Source: Candidatus Latescibacterota bacterium (GTDB lineage: Bacteria; Latescibacterota; UBA2968; GCA-2709665). From it: a stretch of DNA of 64,000 bases. Of the stretch, positions 17,896-29,400 are shown piece by piece. The notes below the pieces were generated by a model. The model made no database searches. It had not been told where the DNA came from and saw only the letters and a program-made list of their open reading frames with translations. Position numbers and translations under genes: made by a program. How positions within the stretch are numbered: position 1 is the first letter of the stretch; each line of letters opens with the position of its first letter. The stretch lies in assembly GCA_965226795.1 (NCBI GenBank), contig CBDDDZ010000005.1, positions 3,040,001 to 3,104,000 of the forward strand, written 5' to 3'.

Positions 17896-18621
17896 TCAAC
17901 CCCCGGAACCGGTGGCCCTTTTTTTCGACTTTTGCAGCGTAAACACCAGAAGCTGCTTGGAAAACAGGTAATACTCCTTGAAATTCAGTTTACTGGTGCT
18001 GTACTGCCGGTTGCGGAACACGTATGGCACCTCGACAAATGTGGAATAGGTTCCCTTGACCAGAATCTCCAGCAAAATCTTGTACCCCGGAGACGTCAGT
18101 GTCACACCCTTCAACACGCGCCGATGAAGAAAAAAGTACCCGCTGAGGGGGTCCTGTACCCCAGTCAGCTGCCTCGCGGCGAGCACACCGATCTGGGAGA
18201 TTATCTTTCGATACCAGGGCCACCTCTCCACGCGGCTGTCCGGACTATAACGGCTGCCCAACGCAAGATCGTATTCCCGAAGCCCGAGAATCAACCGGGG
18301 CAGAACCATCGGATCGTGGCTCAGATCCGCGTCGATCACTCCCAGATAGTCGCGGCTCGATTTCTGAAATCCCTCCATCACGGCGCTGCCCAGACCAAGC
18401 TTGCCGGGCCGGTGTACCACCTGAACGGGATATCGGTCTCTGAGTGCCTCAGCTTCCTCGCCGGTGCCATCCGGAGAATCGTCGTCTACCACAATCAATT
18501 CCAGGTCGATTTCCGGGAACTGTCCGACCACCGAAAAAACCTCGTCCGCCAGAAGTGAAATGTTCGGGCGCTCGTTGTAGGTCGGCGTAACCAGAGACAC
18601 GCGCAAAGGGGTTTCACCCAT
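17896..18621 (-). CDS. GT2 polyprenol monophosphomannose synthase-like glycosyltransferase
   Basis: PTYNERPNI, VVDDDSPDGT, GLGSAV..GF, IDADLSHDP, DPLSGYF, GYKILLEIL. Confidence 0.9.
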   Translation of the reverse strand: MGETPLRVSLVTPTYNERPNISLLADEVFSVVGQFPEIDLELIVVDDDSPDGTGEEAEALRDRYPVQVVHRPGKLGLGSAVMEGFQKSSRDYLGVIDADLSHDPMVLPRLILGLREYDLALGSRYSPDSRVERWPWYRKIISQIGVLAARQLTGVQDPLSGYFFLHRRVLKGVTLTSPGYKILLEILVKGTYSTFVEVPYVFRNRQYSTSKLNFKEYYLFSKQLLVFTLQKSKKRATGSGG

Positions 18622-18719
18622 GCCAATCACCTCAGGAGATGGGACCGGGCAAGTTGACAACGTCGACGTCACCGCAGACGGGAAGTGGAAACAACCGAAT
18701 CCTGTGCGAGAGGTGTCGA

Positions 18720-19640
18720 TTACCTGCCGGCGACACCCATTTCCCTGCCAATCCGATCCAGGTTATCGGAAAAAGATCGAAGTACCGGATTGAACAGCCT
18801 TCGTGCGCGATCCAGTTTCAGGCCCGCCCCGGAGGGCCTGGGAGCGATTTGACCCAATTCTTCGGAAGTTACCGGCACAACCAGATCGGCGTCGAGATCG
18901 AAACAGCGGCAGATCCGCTCAACCATTTCATACCTGCTAAGAAATTCAGGCCCCGCAAAGTGGACCACGCCCCGAAAATCGGGGCGGCACAGACCAAGGA
19001 GAAACACGGCGAGTTCATCCACACCGGTGGGATTTGCCCATTCGTCGGTAACGACCCGGATGGTTTCGCCCCGCAGCAGCGATTCCAGAGCCCACGTCAC
19101 GAAATTAGGCCGGCAACCCGCACGATACCCGTACAGTACTGCCGTCCGGACCACGAGTCCCTGACACGGTGACGCCAACACGACCGCCTCTGCTTCCAAC
19201 TTGGTCCGTCCGTACACGTTCACCGGATTGGTGGGGTCGGTCTCGGCGTAAGGGCCAGCCAGACCGTCGAACACGTAGTTCGTCGAAACGGTCACCAATC
19301 CGCTGCCTGCGTTTTCACACGCCCGAATCAGGTTCAGGGTTCCGCATACGTTGACGCGGTGCGCCAGGTCCGGATCACGTTCACACCGGTCCACACCGGC
19401 CTCTGCGGCCGCGTTAATAACCCAGTCGGGCCGCACCCGTGCGACCACCTCGTCAACCGCGTCCGCATCCGTGACGTCCACCCTCAGACAGTCCGACCCC
19501 GAAAACGGCGGCCGCGGCCTGCGTGCGGCGGGAACCCGGCGTACGCCCTCAAACGGCACGTCACAAAGCGCCCGCCCCAGGAATCCTGAAGCCCCGACAA
19601 TCAATACGGTCTTTAATAACCCATCACCCATTGACACCAC
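18720..19640 (-). CDS. dTDP-4-dehydrorhamnose reductase-like SDR
   Basis: GASGFLG, NAAA..VD.CE, STNYVFDG, YGRTKL.AE, NPT. Start uncertain. Confidence 0.88.
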   Translation of the reverse strand: MVSMGDGLLKTVLIVGASGFLGRALCDVPFEGVRRVPAARRPRPPFSGSDCLRVDVTDADAVDEVVARVRPDWVINAAAEAGVDRCERDPDLAHRVNVCGTLNLIRACENAGSGLVTVSTNYVFDGLAGPYAETDPTNPVNVYGRTKLEAEAVVLASPCQGLVVRTAVLYGYRAGCRPNFVTWALESLLRGETIRVVTDEWANPTGVDELAVFLLGLCRPDFRGVVHFAGPEFLSRYEMVERICRCFDLDADLVVPVTSEELGQIAPRPSGAGLKLDRARRLFNPVLRSFSDNLDRIGREMGVAGR

Positions 19641-19674
19641 CCGGATACGTTACCGACGCAGGGTACGTTTCTCC

Positions 19675-21255
19675 TTATCGCGAAACGGACGGCGCAGCGC
19701 GCGGCGTCGCAAGGCGCAGGTACATTGCCATTCCTCTGTATAGCGCGCCTGCGCCGGCAGCGCGATCGAGATGGGTATTCGCCAGCGCCGCAAGTATGCG
19801 ACCGGCCCCTTCCTGATAGGGCGAGTGCCCGGTGTGCGCGTACAATCTCGAAAGCACCTGAACGGCCACCCCGTTACCCGATGGAACCAGACGGTCCACC
19901 GCGTGGGTAACGGCAGCGCCCTGCTCCGGCCAACGGTCGCGCAACGCGCCCGAGTCATCTCGAAATCGCTCCAGCATCACATCGGTGAGTTCGGAGGCAA
20001 ACCGGAGAAAACCGGCGCCGCCACCCGCGCCGAAGAGATCCAGCGCGGCGCGCGCAACCAGGGCCTGGTCGGCAAGCAGATAAAGCGGATTGCCCGGCGG
20101 TTTCCACACATGCCGCATGCCACCGTCCGGATGGGAAAGTCGCGTGCGGAGGGACGCCATGACGCGACGCGCCAGATCCAGGTAGGCGGCTTTACCGGAT
20201 GCCTGATAAAGCGCGACAAACCCGGTAACGGCCAGGGCGTTCCACGAGGTGTAAACAGCCGGGTCCCTGGCGGGCCCGCGACCCGCCTCCAGCAGGACCG
20301 CGTTGCCGGATTGCTCCGAAAACCCCGCGAGGCCGGCAACAAACATGTCCTTTTTTGTCTCGTAAAGCCCGGCCAGCAGCGCCTCGCCCAAATTGACCGC
20401 CGCCGCGGTGTCCACCCGTGCCACAACATTCAGCCAGCCCGCATTTGCAGCCAGCGTCTTCTCTCTGTCGAGCACGACTCCGTCCGGCGTGAGCCGGCGC
20501 TGGAAGAAAGTCCCGTCGGAATCGCGCAGCGGGCTTGAGAGGATGGTCTTCAGCCGCTCCAGCACGATGGTCCGCGCCGTGGAATCATCGCCATCGAGGA
20601 GTGCAAGAAAAGCCTCCGCGCCCGGAACCTCTCCTCGTTCCAGCGCAGCCTCGGTGCTGTCCGTAAACTGCTGAATCAGGCTCGAGGACGGTGCCGCACG
20701 CGGGAGACGCGGCGCTTCTCTTTCCACCCACCGCGCCAGGTTTGCCCGCGCACGTTCAAAGTCCGCCCATCGCTTCGGGTTATTGAAATAAACCCGCACC
20801 CGGCGCAACAGTTCCCGCAAATCTTCCGGGTCCAGATAGGTGGACCCGGTCATCCAGTTATCGTTGGGGGTCAGGAACGCCGTTGAAGGCCAGCCGCCGA
20901 GGCCGAATCGTTCCGCCAGGTCGGGGCGCCGGTCCACGTCGACCCGTACCGGCCACGTGCCCTGCCCGATCGCCCGCGCCAGCTCCGGGTCTTCGAAACA
21001 GCGTCTGACCATTTCCCGGCACCAGTAGGACCGGCTGGAATAAAGATAAAGAAACAGCGGCCGCTTGAGAACACGCGCGGAATCCCGCGCCGACCACATC
21101 CGCCAGTTCACCCGTCCGGGCGGCGGAGCGGACAGGTCGGGACTCTCAGATGTTTGCGGAACCCGTTCGCATGCGGCGAACCCGGAACACAGAGTCGCGC
21201 ACAGGCACGCCAGTCGCAGCCGCCGGAACGCGACTTTTCTGATCTTGCATTCCAT
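19675..21255 (-). CDS. DUF255/YyaL-like thioredoxin-domain plus alpha-barrel protein, possibly a lipoprotein
   Basis: VNWRMWS, SYWCREM, RVDVDRRPDLAERF..GGWPSTAFLTP, WNALA, PSGNGVA. Confidence 0.75.
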   Translation of the reverse strand: MECKIRKVAFRRLRLACLCATLCSGFAACERVPQTSESPDLSAPPPGRVNWRMWSARDSARVLKRPLFLYLYSSRSYWCREMVRRCFEDPELARAIGQGTWPVRVDVDRRPDLAERFGLGGWPSTAFLTPNDNWMTGSTYLDPEDLRELLRRVRVYFNNPKRWADFERARANLARWVEREAPRLPRAAPSSSLIQQFTDSTEAALERGEVPGAEAFLALLDGDDSTARTIVLERLKTILSSPLRDSDGTFFQRRLTPDGVVLDREKTLAANAGWLNVVARVDTAAAVNLGEALLAGLYETKKDMFVAGLAGFSEQSGNAVLLEAGRGPARDPAVYTSWNALAVTGFVALYQASGKAAYLDLARRVMASLRTRLSHPDGGMRHVWKPPGNPLYLLADQALVARAALDLFGAGGGAGFLRFASELTDVMLERFRDDSGALRDRWPEQGAAVTHAVDRLVPSGNGVAVQVLSRLYAHTGHSPYQEGAGRILAALANTHLDRAAGAGALYRGMAMYLRLATPRAAPSVSR

Positions 21256-21568
21256 GTCCTCTGAGCGTAGACCTCCCGCCCCGATCGACGGCCGACGATC
21301 CGTGAGTCGAGAATTGTGATCCAATGGGAAAGGCCGTCTGTCTTCCCTGAACCGAAACCCCTGCCGGGAGATATTTGACGGCCGAACGGAAAAGTCTGGA
21401 ACCACAATCCGTCAGATGCGTTTATATCTTGAAATCGATGAAAAGACTTGACATTTCAGTGGCGATTATCGTAACTTTTTTTCTCGGCGAGATCTCGGGG
21501 TCGTCCGATCCCGGGATGCCGGAGGGAATGGCTTTAGAGTCCCAGAAGGGACGGACGCCTTCGAATCC

Positions 21569-21826
21569 TCATCGGGTCTTCGCAAGCGGTATCGCCTCTT
21601 CGACAAGCATAATGGGGATGTTGTCTTCAATCGGATACAGGTAGGCGCCATCCTCGCGAACGAGGCCCCCGCCAACGGGGTTCTCTACGGGGGTTCCCCC
21701 CCGGTTGCACACCTCGCCCTTTTCGATTCGTTCGTTGAGTCTTTCAATCAATTCCCGGCCTGCCAGACTGACGGATGTTTTGTTTTCAGGGCAGGCCAGA
21801 ATATCGAGCAGTTCCTTGTCGATCAC
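21569..21826 (-). CDS. Trm112-family protein
   Basis: IDKELLDILACPE...YPIEDNIPIMLVEEA. Confidence 0.88.
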   Translation of the reverse strand: MIDKELLDILACPENKTSVSLAGRELIERLNERIEKGEVCNRGGTPVENPVGGGLVREDGAYLYPIEDNIPIMLVEEAIPLAKTR

Positions 21827-22241
21827 CGCCTGGCCCCTTTCAGGTACAGAAGCTTGAATCACGGATTTCGTCCTTTACAGCACTCAGGTCAAGAGAAAAT
21901 ATACAACAAGCGGTTGTCGAACAAGCTTTTTCCGGCAGGAGCGCCTATTCTGAAAATTCGCTGACGTGTTTTGCCCGCTGTTCCGCAATTTCGTTCCACA
22001 TATTGAAACGGTTGACCGCTGGCAAACCCCGATTCCCCGGGTGTGCGCCCCGTTGTGGACGTGTTGTCAAAACCTTTGGCGAGTGGAGTGCCCGTGCCGT
22101 TACAGAGATTACCCGGGTCGCCGGACATGAAAAGGGGCGCACACCGTTCAACCCCTCTCCGCACCCGGTTTTTTGTGCCCTGTCGCATGGAGATTTTACG
22201 TCGGGTCCAATCGCACAATTAACCTCAAGGAGCCGAACCCT

Positions 22242-23288
22242 ATGAAAAGCAACCCGTTGTGCGTTTGCCTGACCGGCATCTTCCTCTCCGTTGCGTTCGC
22301 ATATCCGGGCCCGTCGTGGGCGACGCCGGAGAGCCAGGCCGCCGCGCCCTTTCTTCTGTTTCAGCCCAGCGCGCGCTCCGCCGGAATGGGTGAAGCCTAT
22401 ATTGCGATTGCCGACGGCGCAAACGCCACCTATTACAATCCGGCCGCCCTGGCGGACGACACGAACAGACACATGAGCACCACGATGTATAAGCCCGTTC
22501 CCTCTCTGGCCAGCGACATTTTCACCTCGTTCGGCGCCTACACGCAGCCGGTCGAAGGCGTGGGCAACCTGGGCTTCAGCCTGATCTACACCTCCCTCGG
22601 AACCCAGCACCGCACCGACTCCCAGGGGCAGGATCTGGGCGAATTTACAAGCTTTGGCCTGGCCGTGGGGGTTTCTTATGGCACCTTTGTCGTGAAAGAC
22701 GTCTCTGTGGGCGCTACCATGAAGTTCATTCACGAGAAACTTGCCAGTCAGGGCGCCGGTATCGAAAAAGGCAAAGGTGCAGGCACATCTTTCGCCGGCG
22801 ACCTGGGATTTATGTGGAAAACCTCCGATCGGTTCACCCTGGCCTGGGCGCTGCGAAACGTGGGGCCGAACATTACGTTTATCGATGCGGATCAGGCCGA
22901 CCCGCTGCCGCAGAACTTCACCATCGGCATCGCGTATACGGCGCTCCAGCGGGGGAACTCAACACTGCTCTTCGCCGCGGACATCTATAAGCCCCTGGCC
23001 GACACAGGCTTTTTTTCCTTTATCACGGGTTGGAACGACCGAAACGGCAGCGAGGAACTCAAGGATATCGACTACCATACCGGCATCGAATGGAAATACA
23101 ACCTCTCCGAAGAATCCGCCTTCGCCCTGCGTACGGGATATTTCCACGATCAGGATGGCGAAAGGAAAAGCCCCACCTTCGGTATGGGCCTCAAATACAA
23201 CTGGGCGTCGTTCGATCTCTCCTACTTCGCCAAGCGCGACTCCACCCTCTCAAACGTCTTTCGCTTCACCGGCGGATTCTCTTTCTAG
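22242..23288 (+). CDS. PorV/PorQ-family outer-membrane barrel (T9SS-associated)
   Basis: Signal peptide, AAPFLLFQPSARSAGMGEA, ATYYNPA, NVGPNI..I...QADPLP, terminal Phe. AAGGAG RBS. Confidence 0.85.
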   Translation: MKSNPLCVCLTGIFLSVAFAYPGPSWATPESQAAAPFLLFQPSARSAGMGEAYIAIADGANATYYNPAALADDTNRHMSTTMYKPVPSLASDIFTSFGAYTQPVEGVGNLGFSLIYTSLGTQHRTDSQGQDLGEFTSFGLAVGVSYGTFVVKDVSVGATMKFIHEKLASQGAGIEKGKGAGTSFAGDLGFMWKTSDRFTLAWALRNVGPNITFIDADQADPLPQNFTIGIAYTALQRGNSTLLFAADIYKPLADTGFFSFITGWNDRNGSEELKDIDYHTGIEWKYNLSEESAFALRTGYFHDQDGERKSPTFGMGLKYNWASFDLSYFAKRDSTLSNVFRFTGGFSF

Positions 23289-23353
23289 TAACGATAGAAC
23301 GGCAATTCCTTCCTCCGTTTTTCGTTTGACTACTCAAAGGGTCGAAAACCATC

Positions 23354-26300
23354 GTGTGGTTGCGGCGGGTTGAACCCATTCGCAGTCTGCAAATAGCGCA
23401 GAAGCAGACGACATCCACGTTCCTTCTCGCCATTTGCTTTTTTTATTTCGTTCTTCCTCCGCCCGGCGTTCAGGGCGCCGAGGAAACCAGGCGCATCCTG
23501 GCTGTCCGGGTTTCATTTTCCGTGGAAGATCCCGATGACAGGACCACCAGCGGAAACGGCGCCTTCGATCTCCGGACGTTCGATACAGTCCGCGATGACT
23601 ATATCTTCCCCTTCGACGCCCCCCCGCACGACAGATCCTATTTTGAAGCGCACCTTCAGGCCCTGCGCAACTATTATCTGGAAATTTCCGACCGGCAACT
23701 TGAAATCGAATTCGCCGTGTTTCCGGAGGACCCGGACGGAAGCTACGTCATAAACCGGCCCCTGAAGGAATACGGCAACGGGCGCACCCGGAACGAGACC
23801 GCGCAGCGCATCACGCAGCTTTTTCACGATGGGATCGCGGCTGCCGACACCGCCGAAGGAGAAAATCTGGATTTTTCCGCCTTCCAGGCTTTCGTCGTCT
23901 TTCACGCCGGGCTGGGCGCGGAAGCGGGCGGGCAGGCCAACAACGATGTTCCGTCCGCCTTTGTCTCCCGTAAAGATCTCGACCTGTTTGTGAACGGGCC
24001 AATTGTGGTGGACGACGGTGCGGCGGTCGTCCGTAACGGCATGTTACTTCCCGAAGCCGTCAGTACGGACGGAAGGGGCGGTCTGAACGGCACGCTCGTT
24101 CGTTTTTTTGCGCATCAACTCGGCCTGCCCGGGCTTTCCAATTTTGAAGATGAACTCCCCGCCGTGGGAAACTGGAGCCCGCTGGATACGGGGGGCCCCG
24201 GCGCCCTGGCCTCCGCCGCACGCCTGAACCTTCAGCCGCTGACCGGCGAACCAGGGGACAGCCTGCTCATCGGCTTTGTTCCGAGCCGCCTCCTCGCGTG
24301 GTCACGTATCCGCCTCGGATGGCTGGAGCCTGCGGTCGTCACGCGGAACGACACGGTGCGGCTGGTTGCGCCGCACGTTGTGGGTTCCGGCCTGCACCAG
24401 GCTTTGAAGGTTTCAGTCAGCGCCACCGAGTACTTTCTCCTGGAAAACCGCATCTCCCGGCTGGGAGTACACGGGCGTAGGCCGAAAATCGAATTTTCAG
24501 CCGGAGGACGCGTCTGGCTCTCCGTGGACGACTACGACGCCTTCATTCCGGGTTCCGGCATTCTGATATGGCACGTCGACGACACCGTGATCCAGGCCAG
24601 CGGCGAAGGCGTTGCCGTCAACAGCAATCCGCAGTATCTCATCGCCCCCGGGCAATATCGGCGCGGCATCTCGCTGGAGGAGGCGGATGGCCTGGAAGAT
24701 ATCGGCAACAACGCCGCGGATCGTATCGTGCAGGCCGGCATCATCAGCCTGGATACAATAGAAGGCGGTGCCCGGGATCCGTTCTACGCAGGCAACGCCA
24801 CCCGCTTCGGGCCGGATACCGTGCCCGGCACGAACAGCAACCTGAACTATCCTACCGGTATCACGATACAGGTCCTCAGCCCCCCCGCCGATACCATGGA
24901 CGTGGCCATCACGTTTGACTACCAGCAGGACGCATGGCCGGCAACCGGGTTGGCGAACGTCGGTTCGCAGGCCCCCCGGGCAATCGACCTGGACGGCGAC
25001 GGGGTTAAGGAGATCCTGCGCAGCGGCGGCGATGTCGGTTCCGGCACGGTCCAGACACCGCCCGGAGGCCCGAATGCCCTGCCGCTGTTTCTATCCGGAG
25101 ATCCTGCCATACCGGCGCCGCACGCCGCGTTTCCGTTCTTCACCTCCTTTACACCCGCAGTGGGCGATGTCGACGGGGATGGCGAAGCCGATTTCATCTA
25201 CTCGACGGGACCCACGCCGGTCCTCTGGAGCCGCAACAACGCCGCCGCCCCGTCGCCGGTCTCCGCGCCCGGACCGTCGCCCGAGGTCTCTTGCCCACCG
25301 CTCATCGCACCGTTTCCGGACGCGCCCGTGGATATCTGGGGCTGGACAAACGGCGGCGTCACCTGGGGAAATCTGGAGGGAGCGAAACCTGGCCTCGCGC
25401 AACTGGGAGGCGGCCACGTCGCCAGCCTGGCGGCGGGAAACGTGGACGACGATCCGGAAAACGAGCTTGTCGCGCTGACCGGGCGAGGCGGGCTCTTCGT
25501 TGTTGAGGCGGATGGACGGGTATTTCAGCTCGCGACCCTTAGCGAGCAGGTTGTTGGTGGCCCCGTACTGGGCGATCTGGATCGGGACGGCCGGGATGAG
25601 ATCGTGACGCTGGGCGCCGACGGTGCGGTATCCATTTTTTCCGGCGGGAGAATGACGGCGCAAAGCGTGCCGGTACCCGGGGGCGCGGGATCGGCGCCGG
25701 TGCTGGGCGACCTGGATGAAGACGGTTACATCGAGGTGCTCTTCGGCGGCGAGGGTCGCCTGTGGGTCGTACGCTTCAACGGGGTGCACCAGACCGATAC
25801 GCCGCTCGCGTTTCCGCTCAAGGACGAAACCGGTCTGATTTCCGCGCCACCAGTGCTTGCAGACATCAACCTGGACGGCGACCTGGACATCTTCGCGGCC
25901 ACGACGGGCGGGCTGGTGTACGGTCTTGACGCCGACGGCTCCAGCCTTCCGTCCTTTCCCCTGCCCGTTTCAGGCCCGGTTCATGCCTCGCCTCTTGTTG
26001 ACGACCTGGACGGCGACGGCACCCTCGAACTGGTCGTCTTTACGGCAGACGGCGGGGCATATCTCTGGCACCTGGAAACCTTCGACACCCACTTTACGGG
26101 CAATCATCTGGTCTGGAGCCAGGCCGGAGGCGGACCGGGCAACGCGAATCGCCTTCTCACGCTGCCCGGCGATCCGCCTTCGGAAACCACATCTCTGCTC
26201 CTGCCTCCGGACCAGATCTACTGCTACCCCAACCCCATACGAGGGACTTCGGCCACGATTCGGTTTTTCCTCGGCAGCAGCGCCCGTATCCAGGTGGCCG

Positions 26301-26482
26301 TGCTCAACGCGCTGGGAGAAATTGTGGACCGGATGACCATGGAAAATCCCACGCCCCGTACGGACAACGAACTCCGCTGGAACACCGGCGACTATGCCAG
26401 CGGATTTTACGTATGCCGCGTGGAAGCCATCTCGGAAGAACGATCGGAAGTCCGCTTCGTCAAAACCGCGATCATTAAATGA
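23354..26482 (+). CDS. Secreted M6/immune-inhibitor-A-like domain + FG-GAP repeats + T9SS-type C-terminal domain
   Basis: VFHAG.G, EYFLLENR, GILIWHVDD, repeated GD.DGDG motifs, C-terminal YCYPNP...W....YASGFY...K.AIIK. Start uncertain. Confidence 0.8.
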   Translation: MWLRRVEPIRSLQIAQKQTTSTFLLAICFFYFVLPPPGVQGAEETRRILAVRVSFSVEDPDDRTTSGNGAFDLRTFDTVRDDYIFPFDAPPHDRSYFEAHLQALRNYYLEISDRQLEIEFAVFPEDPDGSYVINRPLKEYGNGRTRNETAQRITQLFHDGIAAADTAEGENLDFSAFQAFVVFHAGLGAEAGGQANNDVPSAFVSRKDLDLFVNGPIVVDDGAAVVRNGMLLPEAVSTDGRGGLNGTLVRFFAHQLGLPGLSNFEDELPAVGNWSPLDTGGPGALASAARLNLQPLTGEPGDSLLIGFVPSRLLAWSRIRLGWLEPAVVTRNDTVRLVAPHVVGSGLHQALKVSVSATEYFLLENRISRLGVHGRRPKIEFSAGGRVWLSVDDYDAFIPGSGILIWHVDDTVIQASGEGVAVNSNPQYLIAPGQYRRGISLEEADGLEDIGNNAADRIVQAGIISLDTIEGGARDPFYAGNATRFGPDTVPGTNSNLNYPTGITIQVLSPPADTMDVAITFDYQQDAWPATGLANVGSQAPRAIDLDGDGVKEILRSGGDVGSGTVQTPPGGPNALPLFLSGDPAIPAPHAAFPFFTSFTPAVGDVDGDGEADFIYSTGPTPVLWSRNNAAAPSPVSAPGPSPEVSCPPLIAPFPDAPVDIWGWTNGGVTWGNLEGAKPGLAQLGGGHVASLAAGNVDDDPENELVALTGRGGLFVVEADGRVFQLATLSEQVVGGPVLGDLDRDGRDEIVTLGADGAVSIFSGGRMTAQSVPVPGGAGSAPVLGDLDEDGYIEVLFGGEGRLWVVRFNGVHQTDTPLAFPLKDETGLISAPPVLADINLDGDLDIFAATTGGLVYGLDADGSSLPSFPLPVSGPVHASPLVDDLDGDGTLELVVFTADGGAYLWHLETFDTHFTGNHLVWSQAGGGPGNANRLLTLPGDPPSETTSLLLPPDQIYCYPNPIRGTSATIRFFLGSSARIQVAVLNALGEIVDRMTMENPTPRTDNELRWNTGDYASGFYVCRVEAISEERSEVRFVKTAIIK

Positions 26483-26489
26483 ACGTCTG

Positions 26490-29400
26490 ATGGATACGAT
26501 GGATATACAATACAGACGGCAGGCGTGCAATAACGGCCAAACGCTTTATTCATCACGCGTGATCTTCCGTCTTTGCCTTGCTCTGCTGTTGCCGGCGTCG
26601 CTGCCGGCCGCCGCCCAGTTCGACGCCAACCATCCCGAACTGCGCTGGGAGGTCCTGGAGACCGAGCACTTCAGAATATACTACCATCAGGGCCTCGCCG
26701 GCTTTGCCCGTCGCGCCGCGACGGCCGCCGAAACCGTGTACGGCCCCGTTACGGAGTTCTACGGTTTCACACCGGACGAAAAAATAAGGCTGATTGTCAA
26801 GGACACCGACGACTACGCCAATGGCGCGGCCTTCTATTACCACAACACCATGGAAATCTGGGCATCCAATCTGGATTTCGAACTGCGCGGCGACACCGAC
26901 TGGCTCCGGAATGTGATCGCGCACGAATTCACCCACATTGTCGCCCTGCAGACGGCCCGCAAGGGTCCGCGACGCCTGCCTGCCATTTACTTCCACTATC
27001 TGGGCTACCAGAACGAAAAGCGGCGGGACGATATTCTCACGGGTTATCCGGACGTCTTTACGTCCTACGCCATTCCCCTAACCATCGTACCGCCATGGTT
27101 CGCCGAGGGCACCGCCCAATTCATGGCGCCAGGCGTCCAATTCGACCGTTGGGACTCCCACCGGGACATGATTCTGCGCATGGCCACATTGAACAACCGA
27201 CTGCTCACCTACGATGGAATGGGGGTGTTCGGCTCCAAGACCGGTCTGGGACTCGAAAAAGTGTACGACCATGGCTACGCCCTGACCCTGTTTATCGTCA
27301 ACACCTTCGGTGAAGACAAATTGCCGAGGATCTATCGCAATATGACCAAACTCTGGCGGACCGACTTCGAATCCGCCGTCCGTGGCGCGATCGGCATTTC
27401 CGGGCGCGAACTCCACCGGCGCTGGCTTGCCGCCCTGGAAGAGCGGTACGAAGTCCAGAAGGCCGAAATTGAGGGACGTGTTGTTGACGGTGAGATTCTT
27501 CACGACAAGGGGTACTTCAACCTCCACCCCCGCTGGTCGCCGGATGGGAATCGACTGGCTTATCTGTCCAATCAGGGCAACGACTTCGGCCGTACCGCCC
27601 TGGTTGTGCATACTCTGTCCGACAGTACGTCCGAGACGCTCGCCGGCGGCGCCGACACGGCACCGGACTGGTCACCGAACGGCCCGGGCCTGATATTTGC
27701 GCGCCGCAGTCCGCCCGACAGATACGGCTCCCGGTTCCGGGATCTCTACACGGTCGACCCGACCGCGCCGCGGGGCAGGGGCCTGTTTCAGAAGACCAGG
27801 GCGACACTTGGACTGTCTCTCGCATTGCCACCCAACCAGAATCGCCTGACCCGCGGCCTCCGGGCCAGCCATCCGTCGTATTCGCCTGACGGAAAACAGA
27901 TTGCTTTCGTGGTTAACGGCCAAGGCTCGACCAACCTGGCTGTGATGGACGTCGACAGTGGAAAGATCCGCCGGCTCACTTCGTTCGACGACGGCTCACA
28001 GATTTACACGCCGCGCTGGTCGCCCGACGGTTCGCAGATTGCCTGTTCGGTCTTCGGTCCGAACGATACCCGCAATATCGCCGTCATCCCCGCGAATGGC
28101 GGACCTTTGAGCACCGTCATCGGCTCCGCGGGCACCGACCGCGATCCCGCCTGGACTCCCGATGGGACGGGTCTGGTTTTTTCCTCGGATCAGGACGGCA
28201 TCTTCAATCTCTACCACCTGAACCTGATCGACGGATCCGTGCACCGCGTCACCCGGGTACTGGGCGGCGCTCTGCAACCGCACGTCAATCCGAAAGACCA
28301 TCGGATTGCCTTCGCCCATTACGGTACGACCGGATATGAAATCCGGATCCTATCCGGCAAAGGCGCTTGGGAGCCCGTTATTTCCGAAATCTTCCAGCCG
28401 CGGGACGGGCCCGCCGCCGTGGCGGGTGATGAAGCCAGTCCGGAAGGCCGATCCTACGGCAACGAATTCTCCACGTGCTCGATCTATCCCCGCATTGCCG
28501 TGGACGCGGGAAAGGTGAAACTGGGTATCTTCGCCGGATCCAACGACATTCTCAACAAACAGTCCCTCCTGGTGGGGGCCATGGCCGCCCGTGACAGGGA
28601 CCTGGATCTCTTCGCCGTCTACGAATATCGCCGGTGGCGTCCCACGGTCTTTATGGAAGCCTATCGAGCCGTCCGCCACGAAGAAGAAGACGTACTCAAC
28701 CGCGACGAAAACTTCCGCATCTTCAGTCAGACATTCACGCTTTCCGGCGTGGAACTTGGGGCCTGGCGCAGGCTCGGCACCGGCAGCCGGCTGGACGCCC
28801 GATTCATCTACAACCTGTCGTCAACCGGCCAGGACGTGGCCCGTTTCAACGGCATGGACCAAGTAAGCGTGGGCGCTACCACCCTTCATGGCTTCAATTT
28901 TGCATTCACGTATTCCCTGCGCAACATCCGCCGCACCAGAGACCGGGAAATCAACCCGCGAGCCGGCCGGGAGATGAGGTTCCGCTACGACCGTCAGTTT
29001 AATTTCTTCATCAGCGGGTTTAAAGAAAACACGTCCCTTCTGATCGAAACGTTCGACCGCTACTTCTTCAACCGGTTTACACTGAGTTGGAACGAATACC
29101 TGCCGGTGGGTCCCGGACGGGGCACCCTGGGTCTGCGATTCTACGGCGGGCTGATCGACAGAGAAGTGGATGACTACTTCGATTATTTCCTTGGCGGCTT
29201 GCCTTATATGAAGGGTTATACGTTCTATAGCCTGGAGGGGCGCAGGGTCGCCATGTTTCGCGCCGCGTACCGCTTCCCGATCCGGACCGGGATGGATCGG
29301 CAGACCGGCCCCATCTACTCCGACCAGCTCTTCGGGTCCATCTTCGCCGGCATCGGCCGCGCGTGGGACGGAAACGATATGGATAACGTGCTCAACCGCG

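Noticed and set aside
22015..22060. GGCAAACC suggesting a c-di-GMP-I riboswitch
   Set aside because: The GAAA tetraloop stem and downstream GCAAAG element are absent.
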